Of a stretch of 64,000 bases of DNA, positions 12,991-26,409 are shown piece after piece. The stretch is from positions 49,724,001 through 49,788,000 of the forward strand of contig NC_043013.1 of the NCBI RefSeq assembly GCF_006345805.1. Direction: 5' to 3'. Under the pieces are notes generated by a model. The model did not search any database and was not told where the DNA came from. It worked only from the letters and a program-made list of their open reading frames with translations. Each line of letters begins with the position of its first letter. The stretch's first letter is position 1. Made by a program: the position numbers and the translations under genes. The stretch comes from Octopus sinensis (taxonomy: Eukaryota).

Positions 12991-13467
12991 ATAACTTATA
13001 AAATAGGATATCAGCAATATCGGTGAGGAGGAGAAAATTCTTATGAATTAACTCTGAAATTGGGACCAATACGGTAATAATGGAATTTTTTAGAAATTTC
13101 TATCGGCTTGTTTCGAGACGCATAAATTATAATGGTTATTGACAATTTGTCTATTTTCGGCATATTTGGCATTAGAAATTTTCTTTTGCACTTATTTTAT
13201 AAGTTATTTATAAATTTAACTTTTAGAGGTATTTTTTAATATGCTGGCCATTGATTTTTACTCCCTGTAAACGGATATATAACCATTGAATAGTTTAAGC
13301 ATAGATATGACAAACCGAAATGTGGATTCACACAGTTCAACACTGTTAAATTTTGCCCATGAATCTCAAAAAGCCTCCTGCTCTAGGCTCTTGGGTTTGA
13401 TAAGCTATATGCTACAATAATTGATTGCAAAATTTATGTTATTATGAACATTAAAAAATCATTACTC

Positions 13468-13890
13468 GGATCTTTTCGGTTTGAACGGTAGTTTTTAACA
13501 TAATTTCTAGGTAACTAAAAAATTTTAAACTTCGTATACTGGTAGAATGTGTTTATAAAACATTTTTTTCTCTTGACTTTATTGAGAAAATTCTATAGTT
13601 TGTAAGATATTGTTGTTTTTTTTTCTTCAATTTCTGCAATTTCAACCAATCAATGACGTCCATTGAGGGAAACAACATTCTGTGCCGTATGAATTTGTCC
13701 CTCGTTTAAGAAACAGATTAGGTTTATTTACATTTGTGAAGAAAAAAAGATACCCTTCCCCCCACCCCTAACTCTAACCCTAACCCTAAAATAGATTGAA
13801 ATGCAATAGATCAATACTAGGGTCATAATTATGGGTGACAATTTCATATGACACCGCTAGAAAAAACTGCCGTTCAAACTGAAAAGATCC
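13468..13890. mobile_element. Non-autonomous DNA transposon (MITE), ~29-bp TIR, 8-bp TSD, internal TAACCC repeats
   Basis: GGATCTTTTCGGTTTGAACG...CGTTCAAACTGAAAAGATCC; TSD cattactc on both sides. Confidence 0.92.
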
Positions 13891-13899
13891 CATTACTCT

Positions 13900-14765
13900 A
13901 TTGGGTAAGAAAGAACAGTGATTAACTCTTCAGTGTCATGATAGGAAGCTACAATGGAGTTGAAGTCATTGATTTAGTTGGCTTGTTTATCTTATATAAG
14001 CTTAGCAATGATATAAATGAGGTCAACACAGGATTGTACAAGGATTACGGATTAGGGGCAGTACTTAAAAGTGGACACAATATCAATGTCAAAAGACAAA
14101 AATTAAATAGGATATTCACAAAATTTAACCTAAAGATTACAGTTAGCCCCTACCTCAAAACAGTCACTTATTTAGATATTAATATGAACGTTAGTGCAGG
14201 TAAATACCCACCCTTTCATAAACCAAACAGAAAAGCTACCTACATTAATAGAGATTCAAATTACCTAGCATCAGTTATCAAATAAATTACATCTCCCACC
14301 TCCCCTCAGATAAAGCAACAATCAATAGAAGTGATGTACTGGCCATTTGCATCATCACTATAATATTGCTCAAAGCTTCCTAACTCATTTTCCACATACT
14401 CATAAATGTTATAAAATACTCAACAGGAACACTACTAAATTTAGCTTTCGTTGCCTTCCAAACATACGTTGACTAATCTTCAGCCACAATAAAAATATAA
14501 TCCAAGTAACACTACTCAACAACTATGCAAATTCAGATCCCATAAAAAAACTTTCCTTTGGAAACAAATGCCTTGAGAAAGAACTGGTAAACAGAGCACC
14601 CCGATTCAGAAGGCATAATATAGCTTCATTCAAAGATAGAAACACGCATAATGTTGCATCACTCGCCAAGTTTGTACAGGTTCTAAAGGATTGTAGGATG
14701 GTCATAAACTGGAGGGTCATTATTAAAACTAACAAACTTAGTAGGTGCAACCTGTTTAATGCAGA
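13900..14765 (+). mobile_element. Penelope-like element RT/endonuclease remnant
   Basis: IGSYNGVEVIDLVGLFIL...GLYKDYGL...TYLDINMN...PFHKPN...YINRDSN matches the PLE RT C-terminus; decayed endonuclease-domain residues at ~14520-14760. Confidence 0.8.
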
Positions 14766-14935
14766 AAGGAGTGGCTGTGTGGTAAGTAGCTTGCTTATGA
14801 ACCACATGGTTCCGGGTTCAGTCCCATTGCGGGGCACCTTGGGCAAGTGTCTTCTACTATAGCCTCGGGCTGACCAAAGCCTTGTGAGTGGATTTGGTAG
14901 ACGGAAACTGAAAGAAGCCCGTTGTATATATGTAT

Positions 14936-14967
<32 letters not shown>

Positions 14968-15180
14968 TTGTGTGTCTGTGTTTGTCCCCTCAACGTCGCT
15001 TGACAACCGATGCTGGCGTGTTTACATCTCCGTAACTTAGCGGTTCAGCAAAAGAGACCGATAGAATAAGTACTAGGCTTCCAAAGAATAAGTCCTGGGG
15101 GTCGATTTCCTCGACTCAAGGCGGTGCTCCAGCATGGCCGCAGTCAAATGGCTGAAACAAGTAAAAGAGTAAAAAAGAGT
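14762..15180 (+). mobile_element. SINE family A (tRNA-like head, internal (TA)/(TG) microsatellite)
   Basis: ggagtggctgtgtggtaagtagcttgc...ggttcagtccca head; tail gactgaaacaagtaaaagag. Confidence 0.9.
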
Positions 15181-15294
15181 AGTAGTCAAAACACGTTGTG
15201 CATATACATCATTTGACATATATAGCCTGCAAAACATTTGTAGCAGCATCATATGTAGACACAGCAGTAATATATTCAAACACTTAAATTGTGG

Positions 15295-15720
15295 CAAGCT
15301 GGCAGAAACGTTAGCATGCTGGGCAAAATGCTTAGCGGTATTTCGTCTGTCTTTATGTTCTGAGTTCAAATTCCACCAAAGTTGACTTTGCCTTTCATCT
15401 TTTCGGGGTCGATAAATTAAGTACCAGTGATGCAATGGAGTCGATGTAATCGACGTAATCCGTTTGTCTGTCTTGTTTGTCCTCTCTGTGTTTAGCCCCT
15501 TGTGGGTAGTAAAGAAATAGGTATTTCGTCTGTCTTTAAGTTCTGAGTTCAAATTCTGCCAAGGTCGACTTTGCCTTTCATCCTTTCAGGGTTGATAAAT
15601 TAAGTACCAGTTGTGTACTGGGGTTGATAAATTAAGCACCAGTTGCATACTGGGGTCAGTCTAATCGACTGGTCCCCTCTCCCAAAATTTCAGGACTTGT
15701 GCCTAGAGTAGAAAAGAATA
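15295..15720 (+). mobile_element. SINE family C with partial internal tandem duplication
   Basis: Body repeats after gtagtaaagaaataggtatttcgtctg. Confidence 0.8.
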
Positions 15721-16585
15721 TATTCAAAACACTTTTGGTAGATACACAATTGATTAAGAAATTCAGTGAGTTGATATCTCCTTCAATTGGTGGAGTTGCA
15801 ACAAAGTTTTGGAATATTTCCTGCCAGTGTGGCCACTGTTGAGCAGCATGTGTATCATGGAGTTGGCATTTAAACGGTCAGGCAGAGGAACATTTCCATA
15901 ATAACACAAAGAATAAGATGACCTAAATTAAGACTAGTTTACCTTTCTCGAGTTTTATTCTCCTTTTAACCAAATATATAAAGTGCAGGCTACAAGCTGG
16001 AAGAAGGCCTCAATGTGAGACTGAATTATAAGGGCACAACAAAGAAGGTTACTTAAAAATCTGTTTGCAACAAAGTAATATTCATCGTACATATATGGTA
16101 TGCCATCAATAATGTATGCATATGCATGCACGTGTGTGCGTGTGTGTTGTCCAGTACATTTCTCAGGTGGTGTACTAATAAACAACTGGAAAACTACATC
16201 GTATTTTATACTTCAAATTTTTTGTCAAAATGTCACCAATCGGTGAAAGCAGACAACACAAAGGAAATAACCAGATCTTTAAACCCTTCTGTCTTTGTGT
16301 CATGAGTTACATTCTGACTGACAAAAATGGCTAAACTGCTAAATGTTATTCAAAGTATGACTGAACAAATGCAAATTTTATTTACATGAAGCCTGTGGCA
16401 TTGTATCAATAATGGTATTGGTATCGAGATGGAATTAAGGGAAACTTTATATGTAGCTTCTTAGATCAGGTGGCCACTGACATATTTCGTTCAAATATGA
16501 TTAGTTAAATGAAATAAGTAACGAGTAATCTTACAATTAAAGGGAAATAAATGAATTCATTACAGCACAAACGGTATTCAGCTGT

Positions 16586-16805
16586 TTAACCCTTAGTGTT
16601 TAAACTGGCCACATCCGGGCCGAATATTCTACATATTTTATATTTGAACTAGCCATGGTTCACACCTAACCTACATTGACATTCTAAGAATAAACAATCA
16701 GATCATTGAAACCTCAAAGCTAGAAGATAATGCATGATTAATTCAAAACAATTTGAGTGAAAAAGTATGACATTTAACAGAGTAATCTGAACACTAAAGG
16801 GTTAA
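16586..16805. mobile_element. piggyBac-type MITE (TTAA TSD, CCCTT termini)
   Basis: ttaacccttagtgtt...aacactaaagggttaa; related copies at 23169-23396 and 61967-62190. Confidence 0.8.
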
Positions 16806-16908
16806 AGTAATTATTCATCCACTAAAGCAATATTGATTACTCAGTTCCTAGTTTGTGTACACACACACACACACACACACATACTCAAAACAGATACTAT
16901 TTGTGCAT

Positions 16909-17320
16909 AGGCACAGGAGTGGCTGTGTGGTAAGTAGCTTGCTAACCAACCACATGGTTCCGGGTTCAGTCCCACTGCGTGGCACCTTGGGCAAGTGTCT
17001 TCTGCTATAGCCTCGAGCCGACCAATGCCTTGTGAGTGGATTTGGTAGACGGAAACTGAAAGAAGCCTGTCGTATATATGTATATATGTATGTGTGTGCG
17101 TGTGTTTGTGTGTCTGTGTTTGTCCCCCTAGCATTGCTTGACAACCGATGCTGATGTGTTTACGTCCTCGTCACTTAGCGGTTCAGCAAAAAAGAGACTG
17201 ATAGAATAAGTACTAGGCTTACAAAGAATAAGTCCTGGGGTCGATTTGCTCGACTAAAGGCGGTGCTCCAGCATGGCCGCAGTCAAATGACTGAAACAAG
17301 TAAAGAGAATAAAAGAGAAT
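16909..17320 (+). mobile_element. SINE family A
   Basis: Full head-to-tail match to family consensus. Confidence 0.9.
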
Positions 17321-17908
17321 ATACATGTACATATACATGGGTTTTCATAGGTGAATATCATGTTAACAACCACCCCATCAATCTCTGATGCACGTATACA
17401 ATTATGTGTATCTTCACATCTACATTGTGTGCATTTATGAATATATAAAGATCTCTATCTGTCTGTCTCCCCATCTATGTATGTATGTGTGTGTGAGTGT
17501 GCATGTGTATAGGAACAACTTCATTGAATCCCCTTTAGCAGAAGACCTCATTGATAATAAAATTATCACGGCTCCTGCAAGGAATGAAACAACTCCTGGG
17601 AGACAACACACTTCAGGAAGAAATATTTGAAACAACCATTTCTGAAGCTGTTGTCCCTCCACTGTGTAAGTTATTCCCACATTCACCAGGGAGTCTTCAT
17701 CTATTGAGGAGGTGGCTGAAGTGGCAGATAGAATTGTAAGAGGTTGCAACCCACTTTTTTAACCATTGCATCTTCCGCAAACCCTTTCACTTCAACTTCA
17801 ACTTCATATAGCTTGGAAGTTGTGAACCTGAGATCCTTAATGACATCCAAGGCATGCAGATTCAAATGTGTAGGGCACAAATTCAAACTTTGTCACTTTA
17901 CAACCCAC

Positions 17909-18327
17909 GGATCTTTTCGGTTTGAACGGCAGTTTTTAACATAATTTCTAGGTAACTAAAAAATTTTAAACTTCGTATACTGGTAGAATGTGTTTATAAA
18001 ACATCTTTTTCTCTTGGTTTTATTGAGAAAATTCAACAGTTTGTAAGATATTTGTTGTTTTTTCTTCAATTTCTGCAATTTCAACCAATCACTGACGTCT
18101 ATTGAGGTAAAAAAAAACATTCTGTGCCGTATGAATGTGTCCCTCGTTTAAGAAACAGATTGGGTTTATTTACATTTGTGAAGAAAAAAAAGATACCCTT
18201 CCCCCCACCCCTAACCCTAACCCTAAAAGAAATTAAAATGCAATAGATCGATTCTAGGGTCATAATTATGGGTGACAATTTCATATGACACTGCTAGAAA
18301 AAACTGCCATTCAAACCGAAAAGATCC
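17909..18327. mobile_element. 8-bp-TSD MITE, copy 2
   Basis: Same TIRs as 13468; TSD caacccac on both sides; (TAACCC)2 inside. Confidence 0.92.
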
Positions 18328-18689
18328 CAACCCACTTCAAAACAGCAACAGATGATCCTAGTCTATTTTTGTTGACAAATTCCTGACAAGTAGAAGTTCC
18401 TTCAGAATAGCCTAAGGGCAGCCACAGATCAAATTTGTGGCAAGTGCAAAGTTCCAGCCAGACTTAGGGTGACATGGTGGTGGAACAGTGTTCTGGACAG
18501 TGCCATACGAATGAAGAAACAGGCATGGAAGAACTGGAAGAGTGAGGTAAGAGAACACTTTCTATCTATTCATCTGCGTGCATATGTGTGTGTGTGTGTA
18601 TCTTTCTCTCTAACTTTCTCTTCTTTCTTATTCTACTGGGGTAGAGAAATACCTCTTTTATAGTAAGATACCAATTTCTATCTACTATA

Positions 18690-19140
18690 ACCCGTGGCCT
18701 CTATACATACCTTTCCTTCTTGGGACACAAAACTCTGCTTGCGAAGACCTGTTGAGGCAAGTAAAATCGGAATCGAAATCGAAATCGCTCAAAAATCAAT
18801 GGAAATTGTAGTTGTGATGCCAGTGCCAGTGGCATGTAAAAGGACCATCCGAACGTGGCCATTGCCAGCACCGCCCCGACTGGCCTCCGTGCCGGTGGCA
18901 CGTAAAAAGCACCAACCGATTGTGGCCATTGCCAGCCTCGCCTGGCACGTAAAAAGCACCCACTACACTCACGGAGTGGTTGGCATTAGGAAGGGCATCC
19001 AGCTGTAGAAACACTGCCAGATCAGACTGGGCCTGGTGCAGCCTTCTGGCTTCCCAGACCCCAGTCGAACCGTCCAACACATGCTAGCATGGAAAGCGGA
19101 TGCTAAACAATGATGATGATGATGATGATGATGATGATAT
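18690..19140 (+). mobile_element. SINE/LINE-tail family B ending in (GAT)n
   Basis: gttggcattaggaagggcatccagctgtagaaac...gctagcatggaaagcggatgctaaac(gat)n. Other copies at ~26775, 28830, 37930, 40675, 41760, 46570, 57045, 59570, 63137, 63715. Confidence 0.8.
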
Positions 19141-20564
19141 ACTTTAACCTCTCAACTGACACAAAGTCACTTCCCTCTGTACCACTTCCTCTCCTTAGTT
19201 GAGGAGTCTTTATCTTGCAAGTTACTTGGTGACCCCACTGGTGCTGGTGCCATTTAAAAATTAACCAGCTGTAGAAACCAAGCCAAAAAAAGACTACAGA
19301 ATCTGATGCAGTTCACAGGCTTGCCAGCTCCTGCCAAACCATCCAACCCATACCAGCATGGAAAGAGGACATTAAACGATGATGATGATGATGATAATGA
19401 TGATGATCTAAAACGTCTCTTTTATTCTATGCATACACACATGCACTGGAGGCTTATGCACACTCTCTACTCCTTGATACACTCTTTTTCATATTAATTG
19501 CTGGTGCTCAGTTCTAAAGAAAATCTGTAGAGATACTCTTTTTCATATGCACTCACCAGCATGATAAAAAGCAATTTGATTTTTCCCCCCCATCCTGTTG
19601 TCTTTTGTTGTCATTTAACTTACTGTAGCACAAATTTAACCTCCTGCAATCACTAGCATCTTGCAGTTTTCACTCACAATTACTGCACACAAATTGCTAT
19701 TTCTTTACATTCGAGGTTTTGCTACATACGTTCCATAAGAATAATTTTTTATTCAGCTAGTAGAGTTTTGTAAATAGCTTGGAAAGTGTGGAATCTTATC
19801 AAAATATTCTGTAGATGTGATGATGATGCCAGTAACAACTGACCTCTAAACAATCACACATCAAATTCTCTGAAAGATGGTAAAAATTCTAATAAATTCG
19901 AAATTGTTGATTGGAAATCAGTCAAGTGCTGATTAAGCAAATCACAGCTTATAAAAAGGTAGCAAACAACAAGTTAGATAGACATCATGTGGAGAAGAGA
20001 AAACAGAAGGTCATCAAAGAAAGCACAGAGTCAGACAGTCAGTCATATAGTGCTGGATGGACTGATAGAGGAGAGATGCTATCCATGTATTAAATTAGGT
20101 CAAGTTTTATGCCAACAACTAGACTGATCACTATGAACCATCTGCAGCTTAAAAAGCTCACCGTATACTCCAGTATATATACCACTTACTCCATTTCTCT
20201 TCTCTCTATTTCTTTTCCATCTACACTCCTTCACATAAGCGACTCAATTAAAATTATTAGACAAGTACGACATTCACTTACAGAAACAGGCTACAATATT
20301 AATTCTATTTTCTTCACTCTAGACTTAAGTTTGTCATAACTCCTTGGGAACAGGAATGGGATTTTGTTAAATTTCTTCCAACCCCTTGGAGAAATTCAAT
20401 AAGATCCAATTTTGCTGCTTTTTGCTAGCACGTTGAAAGACCACATAATAGTTTTGTGTGTGCTATTCCCAAGGGAGCTAACAGTCATGGCTTCCAATAT
20501 GTCTAGCAATGCAGGCTGTCAACTGGCTAAAATTGCATAATTTTAAATAGTTGTAACTTTAACC

Positions 20565-21150
20565 AACTGGAGATGTTCTCCTGGGGCTACAAGCTACAGT
20601 AACATCCACCCTTAGTGGTTAGCCATATTTAGATGGCAAATATACTTCACATTGTCGTGCAGTTACTGTCTATACTTTGTTCAGAGATTTATTATTGCTT
20701 GTTTACACTTTTTGAAGATCAGTGACGAAAAGTCACTGGAAAAAGGATATAAATATTTGCATTGGGACCCTTCCATCGAAAACTGGTGATTGTCGTGCAC
20801 TGATGATGGGTCAATACTCAGAAACTGCAGTCCCTATGTATCACTTAGGTTGACGGGGGAAGGATGACCTCCCTTTGCAAATACCAATAGGGCACAGAAA
20901 GTGTGTCAATAGCCAGCTGGAGAAGATGTTCTCCTGAGGCTACAAGCTACAGTAACACCCACCCTTAGTGGTTAGCCATATTTAGATGGCAAATATACCT
21001 CCCATTGTCGTGCAGTTACTGACAATACCTCGTTCAGAGATTTATTATTGCTTGTTTACATTTTTTCAAGATCAGTGACGAAAATTTACTGGAAAAAGGA
21101 AAGATGTATTTGCATTGGGACCCTTCCATTGAAAACCGTTCAGAGATTTA
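20565..21150 (+). mobile_element. ~350-bp tandem unit with hammerhead-like core (Penelope pLTR or retrozyme-like)
   Basis: Unit restarts at 20567 and 20917; CTGATGA-TGGGT(caat)ACTCA-GAAAC-TGCA-GTC at 20800-20832. Confidence 0.6.
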
Positions 21151-22284
21151 TTATTTTTTATTATAAATTTCTAGGAAAAAAGTGAATGTATCTTGCATCA
21201 TCAGAACTAATTTTTAAAAATAGTCTGATGAAAATTTGAAAAAATTCACCAAATCTTCCTTTAACTAAACCATAACATCTAAAAAAAAAAGAAAGAAAAA
21301 TGATACATTGTACCACACCATTGTTTCCACTGTTTGTTTCCTCAGTTGAAGCAAGCACATGTGTTGAGTGTTATCAATAACATTTTCATTAAAGTCAATC
21401 TCTACAGATGTAATTGTCCATCAAACTATCAAAACCCTTAAAACACTTACTGGACCCCACAGATTGACATTAAATGTACTTTCTCTTTTCTTATGATAAA
21501 AACTGTACAAATTCTAAAACAAAAAGATGATGGTGGTGGAGAAAGAATTAGGTATCAATGTTATTACTGTGTGAAGTATGGTGTTGATGATGGAACAGTT
21601 AAAGTTCCCAGATCACATCATACCAACAACACTCTGCCCAGACTATAGTGATCTTCTCAAATTTCCAGCTTGGAAACCAAAATTTCATAATGTAGATATT
21701 CCAAGAAGCAATCATGTTTTTCTTCTTTAAAAAATGCATGCAATTCCTTCTGGAGTTCACATATGCAATGTAGCACCTTACCTTTTGAGAGCCATCTGAC
21801 TTTTATGTGTAAAAGTAAGCGCTTGTGCTGGGAATCCATATCAACGCAAATTTGTTCAAATAAACATTTCATTAGCCTACTTTTAATATAATTAACCGTT
21901 TAATACTTGCTTTAGCTAGTGTTTTTGAAACTAGTACCTCACTATATAGGAAACAATGAGTACATTAGGATATTGCTGTTGTACGAGTGATACAAAACCT
22001 TGAATAGTGCCTGCCATAGATGGTGCCCCATCGGTACATGCTCCAACACATGAATTCCAGAATAAATTCCATTTCTCAAGGTAGGCAAATAAAATGTCAA
22101 AAATATCTTAACCTCTTGTAGTGAGTGGCATTTCTTCGCAACAAAAGAACTGATTCATGATTTGGTTACCATCGATAAAGAAAGTAAATGTAAGTAATTG
22201 TGCTTTGTTGCTAAAGTCAGTTGATTCGTCAACCTTTAGAGCAAATTATGAGTTCTGAAGTTTGTTTCTTTTTTGTTTTTCTTT

Positions 22285-22680
22285 TTACTTGTTTCAGTCA
22301 TTATGACTGTGGCCATACTGGAGCACCGCCTTTAATCAAGCAACTCGACCCCGGGACTTATTCTTTGTAAGCCCAGCACTTATTCTATCGGTCTCTTTTG
22401 CCGAACCGCTAAGTGACGGGGACATAAACACACCAGCATCGGTTGTCAAGAAATGCTAGGGGGACAAACACAGACACACAAACATACACACACATACATA
22501 TATATATATACATATATACAACGGGCTTCTTTCAGTTTCCGTCTACCAAATCCACTCACAAAGCTTTGGTCGGCCCGAGGCTATAGTAGAAGACACTTGC
22601 CCAAGGTGCCACACAGTGGGACTGAACCCAGAACCATGTGGTTGGTAAACAAGCTACTTACCACACAGCCATTCCTGTGC
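22285..22680 (-). mobile_element. SINE family A
   Basis: Reverse-complement match to family consensus. Confidence 0.9.
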
Positions 22681-23168
22681 CTGCACATTTCCAATGTTCT
22701 GCACATTTTCCTCTATATCACAAGATAAATCCATAATTCTCCTATAGACGATATTATTTGAGAGCAGAATCTTGCTTATTTCTTGCTCAGCTTCATCACC
22801 TAACATGGTTTTAACCATCTTTCTACAGCGGGTAAGATAATCGACTCAGCTAAAGTATGTGATTTCACTTGTAGTGCAACCATTTCAGTTATCTCAATAG
22901 ACATGACTTGAGCTTTTTCAGAAGCATTCATCCTTTTTCAAAATAGTTTCTTTGTTTAGATTGATGTTCTAGCAGTCTTTGGAAATAATTCAGATCTTTA
23001 CATTGAAAATGTGAGTGTTTAGTTGTAAAATGTCTTTTCAACTTGCTGGGCAACATGCCTTCGTTAGACATCTTTTCACCACAAACAACACACAGCAGAA
23101 GAGTTTGATCCTCGCTGCCAGTCCAATATTTACAACTGGGTCAAGCTTTCGCATTATCATCACTATGC

Positions 23169-23396
23169 TTAACACTTTAGTGTTCAGATTACTCTGTTAA
23201 ATGTAATACTTTTTTACTCAAATTGTTTTTAATTAATCATGCATTATCTTATAGCTTTCAGGTTTCAATGACGTGATTGTTTATTTTTATAATGTCTATG
23301 TAGGTTAGGTGTGAGAGCCCTGATCTGGACAGTTTAAACATAAAATAGGTAGAAAACTTTGACCGGATATGGCCAGTTTAAACACTAAAGGGTTAA
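23169..23396. mobile_element. piggyBac-type MITE
   Basis: TTAA flanks; inverse of 16586-16805. Confidence 0.75.
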
Positions 23397-23807
23397 TTGC
23401 TTTTGATGAACATTCACTTTCAGATTCATAATGGTCATAGTTATGTTTCTACTTAATAAACTTTTCCATTTTATGGGTAATTTGGTCTGTTAATATGAAT
23501 TGCCTCGCACAAAGAGCACAGATTACTAACAGAGTCAAACTGAGACTGACACAAGTGACCAGTGAGCTGTGAAAAGTGGCAGTGTGTCACATTTTATTGG
23601 ACTCTTTTGAGAAGTCTTTCAAAATTAATTGAAAAGATGAAAATTCTTGCCACTATATGAATGAAAAACATTGAAATTCAGCCAGAATATGTGAGGACAT
23701 GTTAAACGATTTAGTTCAACATCGTATATTTTAGTACAATAGCTTATTTTTTCATATTTATTATTGAAGTGAAAACTGCTGAGGCTACGACCGATATAAA
23801 CTGAAAC

Positions 23808-24225
23808 AGGCACAGGAGTGGCTGTGTGGTAAGTAGCTTGCTTACCAACCACATGGTTCCGGGTTCAGTCCCACTGCGTGGCACCTTGGGAAAGTGTCTT
23901 CTACTATAGCCTCGGGCCGACCAAAGCCTTGTGAGTGGATTTGGTAGACGGAAACTGGAAGAAGCTTGTCGTGTATATATGTATATATGTATATATATGT
24001 GTGTGTGTGTGTGTTTGTGTGTCTGTGTTTGTCCCCCTAGCATTGCTTGACAACTGATGCTTGTGTGTTTATGTACCCGTCACTTAGCGGTTCGGCAAAA
24101 AGAGACTGATAGAATAAGTACTGGGCTTACAAAGAATAAATCCCAGGGTCAAGTTGCTTGATTAAAGGCGGTGCTCCAGCATGGCCGCAGTCAAATGACT
24201 GAAACAAGTAAAAGACTAAAAGAGA
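23808..24225 (+). mobile_element. SINE family A
   Basis: Full match to consensus. Confidence 0.9.
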
Positions 24226-24825
24226 GAGAGAGAGAGAGCCATGCACAGAATATGCCCATAAGATATCAATTTCAAGGCTAGATTGATGCTAATTTAGTTC
24301 TTATCCTTATGAAATTTCAGATTCAAAATTGAATAACACTGTCATACCATAATTAACCTAAATGAATTAAATGACACAACCACCTCTCATTCTTAGTCTA
24401 GAACTTAGTATTTAGTTTTTTTTACCAATTTGACATTTATATATGAACTTTCTAGAGAATTTCAGTTTGTATTTTTCATATTTTGAAATATAATCTTACT
24501 TTTTCAAGACACACCAATTTACATCTTTCAGTGCACAGTTTGAGAACCACTGGTCAAGCCGCATACATTGTTTACATGAAATTATGGAATGTCACAGTTA
24601 TCACTTCTGGCTTCCATCACAATTTGCTTTAATTTATTTGGAACTTTTTTTTTTCCACTTTTTTTCAACAGTAAAATGTGTGCTCACCATTATTCTATGA
24701 TCTAAAACAAATCAAAAACTGCATTGGATTTTGTTGTTTCAGCCCCAGGACAGCATTGATCCTGCAGACTAGCTGCAATGCTTCAGGCAAAACACCTGTC
24801 TCTGTTTTGTAGCTATAATGTCATA

Positions 24826-25150
24826 TATACAGGGTATCCCAGAAAGACTTACCCATTGTTATTTCTTAATTATTCAAAATAAACTTAAGGTAGGATAATG
24901 AAATTTGGCACACACGTTCGAATGTAAATTGCCAATCAGTTGCAGTAATTACATTTCAAAATGACTACCTTTCACCTTGATCATAGCCTGCATTCAAGTG
25001 GTCACCGAGTTGCATGAGTGCTGTAGCACCTCTTCATCCAACTTGACCCATGAAGACAGAAGGGCTTTGTTCAGATCTGACACATTTGAATAGGAGTGAA
25101 CAGAAACATTACTCTCTAAGACAGACCAGATAATAAAAGTCCATGGGACT
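24826..25150 (-). mobile_element. Tc1/mariner 3' end remnant
   Basis: TA-CAGGGTATCCCAG terminus. Minus frame ...SPMDFYY.WSVLESNVSVHSYSNVSDLNKALLSSWVKLDEEVL resembles a mariner-type C-terminus. Confidence 0.65.
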
Positions 25151-25669
25151 GATGTCTGGGTTTGAGGGAGGTCATATCATCTTGTCTCAAAAACTGCTGA
25201 AACACTCTTTGCATCAAGTGGCATCTAGTGGCAGAAACCTGAACTACAACAGACTAGTTCCACAAAGAACATTTCCGGTTACTTTTGTGTACCCCCTTGT
25301 ATATGTATATAATTGTGTGTCTTTGTGTCTGTGTTTGTCGCCACTTCACAACTGGTGCTGGTGTGTTTATGTCCCCTTTTAACTTAGTAATTCTGCCAAA
25401 GAGACCAATCGGATAAATACCAAACTTAAAAGAAAAGTACCAGGGTCAATTCATTCGACTAAAAATTTATCAAGGCAGTACCCCAGTATGGCCACAGTGT
25501 AACGAGTGAAACAAGTAAAAAAAAAAAGAAGCCAGAATAACAGAGACCAATGATCTCTCTGTGGAATCAATTTAAAAATTCTTAATATTTTTCCAAGTGC
25601 AAAAATAAAATCAAAAAAAGTTCAAGGTAGGACTAAATAAATCATTTTTCAAACTGTACTTAACACACT

Positions 25670-26048
25670 GTAGGAGTGACTGTGTGGTAAGTAGCTTGCT
25701 TACCAACCACATGGTTCCGGGTTCAGTCCCACTACGTGACACCTTGGGCAAGTGTCTTCTACTATAGCCTCAGGCCGACCAAAGCCTTGTGAGTGGATTT
25801 GGTAGACGGAAACTGAAAAAAGCCCGTCGTATATATGAATATGTATATGTGTGTATATGTTTGTATGTCTGTGTTTGTCACCCCAACATCGCTTGACAAC
25901 CGGTGCTGGTGTGTTTATGTCCCCGTAACTTAGCAGTTTGGCAAAAGAGACCGATAGAATAAGGCTTACAAAGAATAAGTCCCGAGGTTGATTTGCTCGA
26001 CTAAAGGTGGTGCTCCAGCATGGCCACAGTCACATGACTGAAACAAAG
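25670..26048 (+). mobile_element. SINE family A
   Basis: Match to consensus. Confidence 0.9.
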
Positions 26049-26367
26049 AACTGTATGTTTATATTCAAACGGTGACTATCAGTCACTATTTCACTCAGAT
26101 CCTACTGTTTAGTTTATGTATGCATCTAAGTGTGAACACATGTATGTGTGCATGTGTGTATGTCTATGAGTTTGTGTATGTATATGTGTATGTGTGTGTA
26201 CATACACATGCATAGGTTTGGTAGAACAAGGAGGATAAAAAGAACTCAATACATGAATATATTATTATATTTTATTTTTATTGGCAAAAGTTACAAAGTA
26301 ACTCAAGTTTCATTCCACATACAAAATTCTCAGCCTTTGAATCGCTTTTTAATTTGTGCTAATAATA

Positions 26368-26409
<42 letters not shown>

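Larger units (their letters stand above)
21640..24552 (-). mobile_element. hAT (Charlie/Buster-like) transposon remnant, interrupted by SINEs and a MITE
   Basis: LLLHIKVRWLSKGKVL..ICELQKELHAFF (hAT transposase). Terminus cagtggttctcaaac on - strand at 24552. Confidence 0.75.

Noticed and set aside
13771-13787. True telomere or chromosome fusion site
   Set aside because: Only 2-3 TAACCC units, internal to a MITE and present in its other copies.
14523-14993. Recurrent ORFs such as RASFSFRLPNPLTRLWSARGYSRRHLPKVP (also 16848, 22453, 23744, 38268, 58840)
   Set aside because: Frames of SINE family A, not a gene family.
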